64,000 nt of DNA, from positions 1 to 64,000 of the forward strand of contig CAWAXX010000012.1 of NCBI GenBank assembly GCA_963786105.1, read 5' to 3'. The stretch is from Vulcanimicrobiota bacterium (GTDB taxonomy: Bacteria; Vulcanimicrobiota; Vulcanimicrobiia; Vulcanimicrobiales; Vulcanimicrobiaceae). Below the pieces are notes generated by a model. It made no database searches, had not been told where the DNA came from, and was given only the letters and a program-made list of their open reading frames with translations. Both the position numbers and the translations under genes were made by a program. Positions 1 through 13,100 of the stretch are shown in pieces. How positions within the stretch are numbered: position 1 is the first letter of the stretch; each line of letters starts with the position of its first letter.

Positions 1-243
1 GGCGGTGACGACCGGCACCGGTTGCTCCCGCACCCGTTGCGAGGAAGCCAGCGCTGCCGCCAGCTTTTCGCGGGCGTGAACCATCGCGAGCTCTTCGGGA
101 GAGACCCCGGCGAGCGGCGGTTCGTCGTACCCGCTGGGCAGTGGTTCGACCGCTAAGCCGAGCGAGCGCAACAGTTCCAGGCGGCGGGGCGACGCGCTGG
201 CCAAGACGATTCGCTCGAGGGTGCGCTCCGGCGGTATCGGCAG
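1..243 (-). CDS. maf: Maf family nucleoside triphosphate pyrophosphatase (5' part only; runs off the window; start codon uncertain)
   Basis: Manual translation gives RIVLASASPRRLELLRSLGL...GYDE...HAREK...PVVTA, the Maf N-terminal motif. Not in the ORF track. Confidence 0.85.
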   Translation of the reverse strand, partial: MPIPPERTLERIVLASASPRRLELLRSLGLAVEPLPSGYDEPPLAGVSPEELAMVHAREKLAAALASSQRVREQPVPVVTA

Positions 244-244
244 A

Positions 245-670
245 CTATTCGTAGGTCCGGCCGCCTAGCTCGATGTAGCCGCCTTCGTGACGGCCGCGCG
301 GGTCGCGGTGGGTCCAGTGGATGACGCCGCCGATCGGATAGAACTCGTACTCGCCCTTGACGACCACGCCGTCGCCGGGTGCGAGCGGAAACGTACCCGT
401 AAAGTCGGTGTTCGCCTCGACGCGCACCACGACGCTGCAGCCCGAACCCAGTCGCATCAGGAAACCTTCGTGCGGACTCACGCGCCCCGGAGCCGTACCG
501 AGCACGCGCACGACTTTCCCGTCGGCGACGACTTCGACGTGCGACCGGCCGTCGTGAAACGCGTTGCAGACGGCGGCGTCGTCGGGCGTCGCGGTGCCGG
601 AACATCCCGTCGAGACGAAGGCCGCCAATGCGGCTGCGGCGACCGCGCTACGCATCCTCGGCAAAGCCAT
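245..670 (-). CDS. DUF3465-like small lipoprotein
   Basis: Signal peptide ending STGC; HEGF, GEYE and GGVIHWTHRDPRGRHEGG motifs. Confidence 0.75.
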   Translation of the reverse strand: MALPRMRSAVAAAALAAFVSTGCSGTATPDDAAVCNAFHDGRSHVEVVADGKVVRVLGTAPGRVSPHEGFLMRLGSGCSVVVRVEANTDFTGTFPLAPGDGVVVKGEYEFYPIGGVIHWTHRDPRGRHEGGYIELGGRTYE

Positions 671-1259
671 ACAGCTTGTGGGTTACGATGTATTGCCACA
701 CCGGCTCGGGCACCAGGTAGCGCACGCTGCGACCTTGGGATAACAGCACGCGTATCGACGTTGCCGACTCGGGAATCTCGGGCAGGTTGAGCGACGTAAC
801 GCGCTCGCGAAGGCGATTCGGTACCGCTTCGAGGACGCGGCCGAGAGCATCGGCCCGAACGCCGGGACGAGGCGCGATGACGAATCGTTCGAGCGAATCG
901 AGCACTTCGTCGAATCGCACCCACGCGGTATTCACCAGCGAATCGGCCCCGATGATGAACGTGAACGACGCACTCGGATAGCGCTGCACGAGACGCGGGA
1001 TCAAATCGGCGGTGTAGCCGGTCGAGTCCTCGCGCAGATCGGTATCGTCGAGCGCGAACGCCGGATTGGTCGCAATGGCGCCGAGAATCATCGCGCAGCG
1101 ATGCTCGACGGCGGCGTGGGCTTTGTCGCGATAATGCTGAGAATTCGCCGGAACGAACAGGACCTGGTCGAGTCCCTCGCTTAGCCGCGCCGATTCGGCG
1201 ACGAAGAGATGCGCGTTATGAATCGGGTCGAACGTCCCACCAAAAATTCCGAGCTTCAT
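648..1259 (-). CDS. nadD: Nicotinate-nucleotide adenylyltransferase
   Basis: GIFGGTFDPIHNAH, FIIGADS, SATSIR, YLVPEPVWQYI; start moved to ATG at 1259. Confidence 0.95.
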   Translation of the reverse strand: MKLGIFGGTFDPIHNAHLFVAESARLSEGLDQVLFVPANSQHYRDKAHAAVEHRCAMILGAIATNPAFALDDTDLREDSTGYTADLIPRLVQRYPSASFTFIIGADSLVNTAWVRFDEVLDSLERFVIAPRPGVRADALGRVLEAVPNRLRERVTSLNLPEIPESATSIRVLLSQGRSVRYLVPEPVWQYIVTHKLYGFAEDA

Positions 1260-1288
1260 GGTCGACCAGCCGAATATCGATACTGATT

Positions 1289-2554
1289 TCACGAGTAGGT
1301 AAACTCGTACTGACCGATGCGCACCGTATCCCCTTCTACCGCACCCATTTCGCGCAATTTCTTGTCCACGCCCATCTTTCCGAGCACGCGCTCGAAGCGC
1401 AGCAACGATTCATCCGAATCGAAGTTCGTCATCGCCGCCAGCCGTTCGATGCGTTCGCCGGAGAGTTCGAAAGCACCGTCGCGGCCGCGCTCGAGGACGA
1501 AAGCGTCGGCCGGAACGAGTTCGATAGCGGCCGGCGGCGGAACGACGATTTCGGGCGCCGGCGCGTTTTCGACGACGCGGAAGATTGCGTACAAGAGGTC
1601 GCGGACGCCTTCTTGGGTGGCCGCGCTGATGCCGTAGATCTCCGGAAAGCGCCGGCGCAATTCGATCAGCCGTTCGCGCGCATCGGGTAAATCGAGTTTG
1701 TTGAGAACCAGCAGCGCCGGCTTTTCCAACAGCTTGGCGTTCCACGCGCCGAGTTCGCCTTCGATGGTCGCTTTGTCGGCAAGAATGTCGTCGAGGGGTT
1801 TGGCGCCGTCGAGTAAGTGGACCAGCGCGCGCGTGCGTTCGACGTGTTTGAGGAACTGATCGCCGAGGCCGGCGCCCGCGTGCGCGCCTTCGATCAGGCC
1901 GGGCACGTCGACCATGACGAACGATTCCTCATCGGACACGCGCACCACGCCGAGTTGCGGTTCGAGGGTCGTAAACGGGTAATCGGCGATCTTGGGCCGG
2001 GCCGCAGATACCACCGAAAGCAGTGTCGACTTCCCGGCGTTGGGAACGCCGACGACGCCGCAGTCCGCCAGCAAGCGCAGCTCGAGCCGCAGGGTGCAAT
2101 GCTCGCCGGGTTCGCCGCGTTCGGCGAAGCGCGGCGCTTGCCGGACGCTGGTCGCGAAGTGCTGGTTACCGAGGCCGCCGCGGCCGCCTTTGGCGACCAG
2201 CACGCGCGCTCCAGGCTGCGCGAGATCGGCTAGATACGTCTCCGCTTTCCCTTCGAAGGCGCGATACACGATCGTGCCGACCGGCACGGAAACCGCCAGG
2301 TCGACGCCGCTCTTGCCGGATTTGTTCGAGGTACCGCCGGCCTTGCCGGATTCGGCTGCGAAGCTGCGCCGAAAGCGAAACTCGACGAGGGTCGAAAGCT
2401 CCGCCACCGCTTCCAGATAGACGCTGCCGCCGTGGCCGCCGTCACCGCCGGCCGGACCGCCTTTTGGAATGTACTTTTCACGCCGCCACGCAACGATGCC
2501 GTCGCCGCCGTTTCCGGCGGCCACGGTGATGGTGGCTTCATCGATGAACTGCAC
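1289..2554 (-). CDS. obgE: GTPase ObgE/CgtA with C-terminal OCT (DUF1967) domain
   Basis: FIDEA...GNGGDG..WRREKYIPKGGPAGGDGG, GVPNAGKST, DYPFTT, DVPG, NKLD; C-terminus GDTVRIG. Confidence 0.97.
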   Translation of the reverse strand: MQFIDEATITVAAGNGGDGIVAWRREKYIPKGGPAGGDGGHGGSVYLEAVAELSTLVEFRFRRSFAAESGKAGGTSNKSGKSGVDLAVSVPVGTIVYRAFEGKAETYLADLAQPGARVLVAKGGRGGLGNQHFATSVRQAPRFAERGEPGEHCTLRLELRLLADCGVVGVPNAGKSTLLSVVSAARPKIADYPFTTLEPQLGVVRVSDEESFVMVDVPGLIEGAHAGAGLGDQFLKHVERTRALVHLLDGAKPLDDILADKATIEGELGAWNAKLLEKPALLVLNKLDLPDARERLIELRRRFPEIYGISAATQEGVRDLLYAIFRVVENAPAPEIVVPPPAAIELVPADAFVLERGRDGAFELSGERIERLAAMTNFDSDESLLRFERVLGKMGVDKKLREMGAVEGDTVRIGQYEFTYS

Positions 2555-2586
2555 GCCGCCGCGTTATTCGGCCCGCGCGCTGCGGT

Positions 2587-2865
2587 TTATGCGGCCGGCC
2601 GTATGTTGACGTGCTTGCGGTTGCGGCTGTTCGTGAACTCCACGACGCCGTCGACCAGCGCAAAGAGCGTATGGTCGCGTCCGATTCCGACGTTCTGCCC
2701 CGGATAGAAGCGCGTGCCGCGCTGGCGGACGATGATGTTGCCGGCGATCACGCTCTCGCCGCCGAAGCGCTTCACGCCCAAACGCTGAGCGTTGGAGTCG
2801 CGGCCGTTGCGGGTCGAGCCGGCGCCCTTCTTGGAGGCGAACAGCTGGAGGTCAAAGAGGAACAT
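2587..2865 (-). CDS. rpmA: 50S ribosomal protein L27 with N-terminal extension
   Basis: [32 protein letters not shown]...RQRGT...GRDHTLFAL. Confidence 0.97.
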   Translation of the reverse strand: MFLFDLQLFASKKGAGSTRNGRDSNAQRLGVKRFGGESVIAGNIIVRQRGTRFYPGQNVGIGRDHTLFALVDGVVEFTNSRNRKHVNIRPAA

Positions 2866-2874
2866 AGCCGGCCG

Positions 2875-2904
2875 AGTATACCAGGAGGACGCGCCCGCTG
2901 GCAA
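2875..2904 (-). promoter_or_regulatory. Putative sigma70 promoter of rpmA (near-leaderless mRNA)
   Basis: Minus strand TTGCCA (2904-2899), 18-nt spacer ending TGG, then TATACT (2880-2875), 9 nt upstream of the ATG; no Shine-Dalgarno in between. Confidence 0.6.
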
Positions 2905-3078
2905 TGGCAACTCGACAGCACGAAAAGGCCCGGATGCAATGGGTTCAAGCCGATTCCTAGGGCCGTACGTCCGTCCTTAAGACTCGCCCCGGAGCCGTTA
3001 GGGCGGGCTCGCTTGCTCGCTCTTATGCTTGGCCGGGCGTCACCAATCCGACCCGCTGGTGCCCGGACGGTCGCCCGG

Positions 3079-3267
3079 CTCTCCACATATGTGGACAAGC
3101 CTGTGGAGAAGGTGCCGCAGGCCCCCTCTGCGTTGCCTCCGGAACGTATACGGGATATACGAATTTGAGGCCCAGAAAACGCGTCGATTCTGCGGTTCAT
3201 AAAACGCGAAAAAGCAGGAAACTTCGTTGACCGTCTCCTGTGGATAAGTGCATAAGGTCGTGCATAA
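3079..3267. promoter_or_regulatory. DnaA-box cluster upstream of dnaA
   Basis: Perfect TGTGGATAA at 3239-3247; near matches CTCTCCACA 3079-3087, TGTGGACAA 3090-3098, TGTGGAGAA 3102-3110, AGTGCATAA 3247-3255, CGTGCATAA 3259-3267. Confidence 0.8.
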
Positions 3268-3350
3268 TTCCGCAGGAGCGCCGCTTCATTAAGCCAAGAG
3301 TTTGCGCCCTCCCGGGGCTGGGGCAGCCCAACTTCTCGGATTTATAGAGG

Positions 3351-4716
3351 ATGCAGAAGATGGCGCTTGCACTCGGCAATTCGGACATCTCTAACGAACT
3401 GTGGCAGTCGGCGTTGGGGATTCTCGAACGCAATTTTTCCAAGCCCGTCTTCGAGATGTGGATCAAGCCGATGCGTTTCGTCGGCTTTCGCGGCAACGAA
3501 CTACATCTTGCCGTTCACAGCAAATTCGCGCGCGAGTGGGTCGGGACCAAACTGCAAACGCAGATTATCGACGTATTAAGGGAAATATTCGGCTCCCAGT
3601 TAGAGTTGCGACTGTCGGTCGCGGAACCCGCCGAATCCGCAAGTGCCGCAGGCGCTACGGTGGCCCCCCGAGCGCCCGAAGATCTCCGTACCGCCAATCT
3701 CAACGTTCGTTACACGTTCGAAGAATTTGTCGGTCGGGAATTCGAACCGCTTCGCTCACGCTGCGTCCCAGGCGGTAGCCAGCGCCCCGGCGCGCGCCTA
3801 TAACCCGCTTTTCCTCTACGGCGGCGTCGGTTTGGGCAAGACCCATCTCATGCACGCGATCGGCCATCGCGTAATGCTCGACAACCCTAGCGCCAACGTC
3901 GTCTATCTCACGTGCGAAAAGTTCACCAACGAATTTATTATCGCGCTGCAGAATAACCGGACGCCGGAGTTTCGCAACCGGTACCGGCAAGTCGACGTGT
4001 TGTTGATCGACGACATCCAGTTCCTCGCCGGTAAGGAAACCACGCAAGAAGAGTTTTTCCATACGTTCAACGCGCTGCATGAGTCGGGACGTCAGCTGAT
4101 CATTTCGTCCGACCGTCCGCCCAAAGAGATTCAGACGCTCGAGTCAAGGTTGCGCTCGCGCTTCGAATGGGGCCTGTTGACCGACATTCAAGCTCCCGAT
4201 CTCGAAACGCGCGAAGCGATTTTACGCAAGAAGGCCGAGAGCGAAAAGATCCCGGTACCCGACGAGGTCACCTCGTTCATCGCCAAAGTGATTCCGTCGA
4301 ACATCCGCGAGCTTGAGGGCGCTCTCATTCGGGTCGTCGCGTACGCATCGCTCACTCGATCGCCGATCACCATCGACCTGGCGGCCGAAGTGCTGAAAAG
4401 CGCCGTTGCGAACGCTCCGCTCCAGCGCATCACCATTGGCAAGATCAAAGAGACCGTCGCCGGCGCCCATGGGCTGACGGTCAAAGAGATGGACAACGGC
4501 AGGCGCGACCAGCGCTTGGCGGCGCCGCGCCAGATCGCGATGTACGTCGCGACCGAACTCACCAATTACTCGCTGCCCCAGATCGCCCGCGAGTTCGGCA
4601 AGAAGGACCACACGACGGTGATGTACGCGCGCGACAAAATTAAGGACCAGATGCAGCGCGACGAAGCCTATCGAAATAAGATTCGGCAGCTTATCGCGAT
4701 GTGCCAAAATCCGTAG
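3351..4716 (+). CDS. dnaA: Chromosomal replication initiator DnaA (one apparent +1 frameshift near 3732; start may be 3360)
   Basis: ORFs 3351-3803 and 3643-4716 join as [14 protein letters not shown] if one G is removed; [30 protein letters not shown]. Confidence 0.97.
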
Positions 4717-4983
4717 CGCCGCCGCTCGGGCCGGCGGCTCGTTCCCCACTAATCACACGCTTGCGCACAGGGCGGCTCCGCCCACAGGGATAAGTTCCCT
4801 CCAACGTTCATGGAGTGGAAATGTGCATCCCACGCGGCGCCTAGTCCACACGTTATTCTCGGCGGAATGCCGCACCGCCGCAAGCAAATGGGCACTTCTT
4901 CGCAGAATGCACCGCCCTACTGCTGTTACGGCTTTATGTATATCTTTACTACGAAAAAGCGCTCCGCTGTAGAACGGTAGAAA
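4717..4983. other. Putative oriC unwinding region (dnaA-dnaN intergenic)
   Basis: Degenerate DnaA boxes (e.g. TAGTCCACA 4842-4850), then GCCC followed by TAC TGC TGT TAC (4914-4929, DnaA-trio-like) and an AT-rich TTTATGTATATCTTTACTAC, resembling the B. subtilis basal unwinding element. Confidence 0.7.
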
Positions 4984-6099
4984 ATGAAGTTCACCTGTAA
5001 CACGAAAGACATCTCGGCAGCCGTCGGGGCGGCCAGCAAGGTGGTCAACGCGCACACGACGGTCCCGATTCTTTCCAACGTGCTCTTGCAGGCCGACGAC
5101 GGTAAGATCGCGGTTCGGGCCACCGATCTCGAACTCACCTTCGAGCACGCGTTCCCCGCGGAGATCGGTGAAAGCGGAGCGGTAACGATTCCCGCCAAGC
5201 TCTTCTCGAGCTATCTCGGGAACCTGCCCTCCGGGACGCTCGAGCTCACCGGCACGCCCACGCGAGCCAGCGTTAAGTGCGAGCGGAGCAACTACGACTT
5301 CCACGCGCTTCCTGCCGATGAGTACCCGCCGCTTCCGGCCGCGACCCGCGGCTCGCACTTTACGATCTCGCCCAAGAAGTTCCGCGACGGCATCGACGGG
5401 ACGATTTTCGCCGCCTCGAACGAGGAGGCGCGCGGCGCCGTGTTGATGGGGACGTTGCTGGAGATCGAAGGCGACGCGCTGACGATGGTTGCAACCGACG
5501 GATACCGGCTCGCCAAGTTCGTAACGACGCTCGACGACGGTATCACGGGAAGCGAAAAGTATATCGTGCCGTCGCGTGCTCTGGCAGAGGTTTCCCGCAA
5601 CCTTGGCGGTGGGGAGACGATTTCGGTGAGCGCGCTCGGAGCACAGAGCAACCAGTTGCAAATAACCGCCGGCAACGTTGCTATAACCGTTCGGTTGGTG
5701 GACGGGCAGTATCCCAACTACCAGCAGGTAATTCCGGCGAAATTCGATCGCACGATGACCGTCAACACCGCGTCGCTGATCGGCAGCCTCCGGCGCGCCG
5801 AACTGGTCGCCGGCGACCGCGCCAGCATGGTGAAGCTCGCCATCGCCAATCAAACGCTCGTCGTCACCGCCAACTCCGACATTTCGGGTACGGCGTACGA
5901 AGAGCTCGAGATCGAACAAACGGGCGAAGACCTCACGATCGCTTTCAACGCGCGTTATTTGGTGGAAATCCTCAACCACGTGAAGAGCGACAAAACGGTC
6001 GTCGAGTTTCTCGGGCCGCTCTCACCGGCGGCCATCCGTCCGCTAGAGCCGCTCGAATCGGGTCAGCAATTGTACGTCCTTATGCCATTGCGGCAATAA
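4984..6099 (+). CDS. dnaN: DNA polymerase III beta sliding clamp
   Basis: PILSNVLL, ATDLE, ATDGYRL, RLVDGQYPNY, IAFNARYL, YVLMPLR. Confidence 0.97.
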   Translation: MKFTCNTKDISAAVGAASKVVNAHTTVPILSNVLLQADDGKIAVRATDLELTFEHAFPAEIGESGAVTIPAKLFSSYLGNLPSGTLELTGTPTRASVKCERSNYDFHALPADEYPPLPAATRGSHFTISPKKFRDGIDGTIFAASNEEARGAVLMGTLLEIEGDALTMVATDGYRLAKFVTTLDDGITGSEKYIVPSRALAEVSRNLGGGETISVSALGAQSNQLQITAGNVAITVRLVDGQYPNYQQVIPAKFDRTMTVNTASLIGSLRRAELVAGDRASMVKLAIANQTLVVTANSDISGTAYEELEIEQTGEDLTIAFNARYLVEILNHVKSDKTVVEFLGPLSPAAIRPLEPLESGQQLYVLMPLRQ

Positions 6100-6162
6100 T
6101 GTGCCGCGCTTCGTTGAGCGAGGGCGCGGAGCGGTAGCTAAGCGCCGCAGTCGACGTAGCTC

Positions 6163-7271
6163 GTGCAGTTAACGCGCCTTACGCTTTCGCACTTTCGCAA
6201 CTATGCGGAGCTCGAGATCGAACCTGCACCGGGTTTAAACGTCTTCGTCGGGCCAAACGCGCAAGGTAAAAGCAATCTCTTGGAAGCGATCGCGATGCTT
6301 GGAACCGGAAAGTCTTTCCGGACGAGCAAAGACGCCGATACCGTCGGGTATGGTGCGGACGTCGCGGTCATCGGCGGGGAAGCTCGCGTACGCGCCGGCG
6401 CCGTTCACCTGGCATGCACGGTCGCCAAAGGCAACGCCGGCACGCGCAAGACGTATACGCTCAACGGTCACGGCGTTCGGTATTCGAATTTCCTCGGAAA
6501 GCTTCGGGTCGTAACCTTCGTGCCGGCGGATCTGTACCTCGCCGGCGGCCCGCCGAGCCTGCGCCGTGCGTTCCTCAACGTTGCACTCTCGCAAGAGGAG
6601 CCCCGTTACTACCGCGAGCTCGTTCGGTATCGCAAAGCGCTACAACAGAAGAACGCGTTACTGCGGGCAACGGCACCGCCGGATACCGAACTGTTGGCGA
6701 TTTACGATCGCGAGCTGGTCGAAGCCGGCACGCACATCGTGCTCTCTCGCGACCGTTTCGTGGCGGCTATTGCCGAGGCGGCACGTGCGGCGCACGCGCG
6801 CTTTACGCACGGCAGCGAGCGGCTCGAGGTCGGGTACCAATCGAACATCGTCTTCGAAGCGCCGGATCCGCAAGCGGTCGCGACCGCGTTCGAAGCGCGG
6901 CTGCTGCACGTTGCTGAGTCGGAACGGGCCCGCAAAGCGGCCGTCGCGGGACCGCACCGCGACGACCTGAGCCTCTCGCTCGACGGGCACTCGCTGTCGG
7001 CCTACGCGTCTCAAGGGCAGCAGCGCACCGCCGTGCTGGCGCTCAAAGTCGCCGAATACGTGGTGTTGCGCGAAAGCTCGTTTGAAGCGCCGCTGCTGCT
7101 GCTCGACGACGTGCTATCGGAGCTCGATGAAGAACGCGCGAGCGCTTTCCTTGCCGGCGTGGGTGACTACGAGCAGGCTTTCGTCACCGCCACGCAAATG
7201 CCGGGCGCTCTTCCGGAACGCGCTCGAACCTACGTCGTACGCGACGCACACGTCGATGCCGGAGTTGCGAC

Positions 7272-7278
<7 letters not shown>
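6163..7278 (+). CDS. recF: DNA replication/repair protein RecF
   Basis: FRNY, GPNAQGKSNLLEAI, GPHRDD, SQGQQR, LLLDDVLSELD. Confidence 0.97.
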
Positions 7279-10026
<2,748 letters not shown>

Positions 10027-10045
10027 GTCGCTCCCGCGGGCTTTG

Positions 10046-10057
10046 TCAGGATGACAC
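10046..10057. repeat. Probable remnant of the palindromic element at 23545-23641
   Basis: TCAGGATGACAC is identical to 23630-23641; intergenic, just after gyrB. Confidence 0.45.
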
Positions 10058-10118
10058 CGTCTCGTTAATGCAATCGTAAGGCCGGTACTGCAGGGGCTCG
10101 ATTACCGTCGAGGGGTAT

Positions 10119-13100
10119 ATGAGTCCTAACGTGGGCAAGCGTTGGTTGTGGATCGGCCTGGCGGCCGCGGTCATCCTCGTCGGACTCGCGACCGCGCGCC
10201 GTCACGAGGTATTGCGCTTTTCCATCGAAATGATTGCGAGCCTTGCGAGCGGTTACACGGTGGCCATCGGCGATCAGCGCATCGGCCTCAATCGGATGGC
10301 ACTCCTGGACGTTCACGTCTCCCGTTCAGGCGTACCGCTACTCGACGCCCGCCGCATCGACATCACGTATTCGCCCCGCGACCTGTTGCCGGGCAGTACG
10401 CGCCGTTTCGGACTGGTAGCGATCGACGTCACGCAGGCTCGCGTGACGATCGTGCGATTTCGCGACGGCAGCTACAACTTCATAACGCCTTCGAAACCGC
10501 CGGGTGTGCCGCAGGCGCCGGTTCCACAGCCGGTGAGCGGCGTCCCCATTCGCTTCACTCTGCGGATGCACGGCGCATCTCTCGCATTGCGCGAACCCGA
10601 TGCCTACGATGTCAGCGCAAAGGCCATCGGCATCGAGAACTTCGACGTCGATGCGTCGATCGACAGCTCGAGGCGAACCCACTACACGGCGCGCGGCGCG
10701 TTCGTCGTAAAGACTCGTCCCGATCCGTTTACCATCGTGGGCACGATCGACGCCGTTCGCAGCTATGCGATGCACCGGGCGCGGGCGGCGCGCTTTCCGC
10801 TGCGCGCGCTCGCGAACTATTTTGCCGACACCCCGATGGTGCGTATTATCAAGGGGCGCGCGCGCAACTTCGATGCGCGGCTATACTCTCTGGACGTGCA
10901 GCCCAACGTCGCGCCGAGCTATCACGCGAACCTTCAACTCGACATCGACGGGGGATCGCTCGCACTCTCCGCGCTCGACGCACCGGTCGAGGAGATTCAC
11001 GGCCGCTTGCAACTGATCGACAACGCGTTCTTTCTCAAGCACCTCCACGCTTCGTTGGCGGGCATTCCGCTGCATTTGGCGGGCGGCATCTACGATCTCA
11101 GCGGCGACCTCACCGGTATCGCCCAGCTGCGGCTGGGCATTTACGGGTCGGGCGATCTCGCGAGTTTGCGCCGGGCGTTTTCGTTCACGCGCAAGGAACC
11201 GATTTCGGGCCACATCGATCTCGGCGTCCTGGTCGAGGGTCCCATCGACAACCCGATGATCGTCGCGCAAGCCGGCTCTCTGCATGCGGTCTATCGCAAG
11301 CTTCCGTTCGATTCGCTCAATGCCGGCATCGTCTATCGCGACAACGTCGTTTCGTTGTTGCCGCTGCACGCCTACTACGGCGGAACCGAGGTGGGAATTC
11401 GCGGAACGCTGGCGATCGGAAAGCATTTGCACTCGTTGCTCGCGGTGCATATCGCCGGCTTTGCCGACCGGTTGCCGTATCTCGACGAAATGCTCGGACG
11501 CGAACCGATGCTCGTCGACGCGGCGGCGAGCGGCACGGACACCGATTTTCACGTACGCGGTGCGCTGGCTTCGGCGCGCGGCATCAAACGCGTTGCCGCT
11601 TTGCTGGCGCTCGACCCGGAAGGCACCGCGGCCGTGGACCCGTTCTGGCTGCACACCGAGCGCGGCGATTTCGAAGGCGGGTATCTGCTCGACCGCCCGC
11701 ATCGGACCAGCGGCTTTTGGGCGCTTGCAGGCGGTTTGCACATGCACGCGCCGTCGTACAAAGCGTTCCCGGGTTTATCGCTTCCCGAGATCCCGAAACG
11801 TGAATGGGCGGATCGCCAGCATCGCGGTCGCCGGTGGCGGCTCGGGCACCGACGTCGCACTCGCGGGGTTGGTCTCCGGCGACGGCACGGATATCGCGGG
11901 AATCAAGTTCGATCGAATCAATGCGGCTTTTGCCGGCACGCTCGCAAACGCACAGCTGAGTTTGCTGCACGCGTCCGGGCCGTGGGGACAATTCGACGGT
12001 AACGGGGCGTTCTCGTCGCAAGCGTTCGTCGCGACCGGAAACTATCGCGGGACGTTTGAAGGTTTGCAGCCGCTCATGGGCAACGCGATTCTCGCACATG
12101 GCGGCCTTGCGGGACGTGCGTCGGTCGCGGTGTTGCCCAAGAGCATCGTCGTTCAAGCGTCGAACCTCGCCATGCAAAACGCGACGCTGCGCGGCGTTCC
12201 GATTTCGAACGCGAGCATCACGCTCGGCGTCGAAGGCGACCGCCTTTCGGTGTATTCGGCGCACGCGCGAGCCGCCGGCGGCGACGTGGTGGCGGCCGGC
12301 ACGTTCTCGCTCAACGCCGCAGCGCCGCGAGCGAAGGCCGGCGCTTTGTCGTTGATTGCCAATCGCCTGGACGCCGCGCAGCTGCGCGGACTTGGGTTGC
12401 CGCTCGACGCCGGACGCCTCTGGGCCAGCGGCAATTTGTCCGCCGGTGCGCCGTTACCGTCGTTCGGCGGAGGCGTCACGATCGCCGCCGGACGGTTGCA
12501 GCACTTTGCGATAGCCGGCAACGGCGAAGTCCGGTTGGCGGGCCAAACGGCGAACCTGAGCAGGGTCGTCGGCGCGCTGGGAACGACCTACGCTCGCGTC
12601 GACGGGAGCATCGGCGCACTCGCGTCGGGCACGCCGGCGTACGCGCTGTCCGCGAACGTTCCCGGCCGCCGACATCGCGAACGCGCTGCAGTCTTTCCAG
12701 TTTCCAACGTACATGACCGTCGGTTCGTTCAACGCGCAACTGAAAGTCGCCGGAAGCGCCGTTTCGCCGGTGGTGACCGGACACGTCGGGGTGCCGGCCG
12801 GAGCCGTCAACGGCTTGCCGTTTATCGACGGTAGCGCGTTGCTGGCGGCCGATCCGCACGGCGTAAGCGCGCGCGACGGACGCGTTCAGGTCTGGTCGAC
12901 CGGCGTGCGCTTCAACGCGGCCACGCGACCCGGGAATACTACCGTCGACGTGGTCGCGCCGCACGCCGACCTTTCCGATTTCAACAATTTCTTCGACACC
13001 GGCGATACGCTCGACGGAATCGGCTCGGTGAAGATCGCGGCGGCCATGAGCGGGGAGCGGTTGTCGACCAGCGGCAACGTCGCCGTAAAGAACTTCCGCT

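Noticed and set aside
3700..3760. Programmed frameshift or pseudogenisation of dnaA (and of the other broken genes)
   Set aside because: There is no slippery heptamer, and the same single-base duplication pattern recurs across unrelated genes, so sequencing error is more parsimonious.
4753..5979. Long antisense and alternate-frame ORFs (this one, 8086-9129, 10142-11803, 59849-61135 and many others)
   Set aside because: Shadow ORFs of well-supported genes in high-GC DNA; Arg/Ala-rich with no recognisable motifs.
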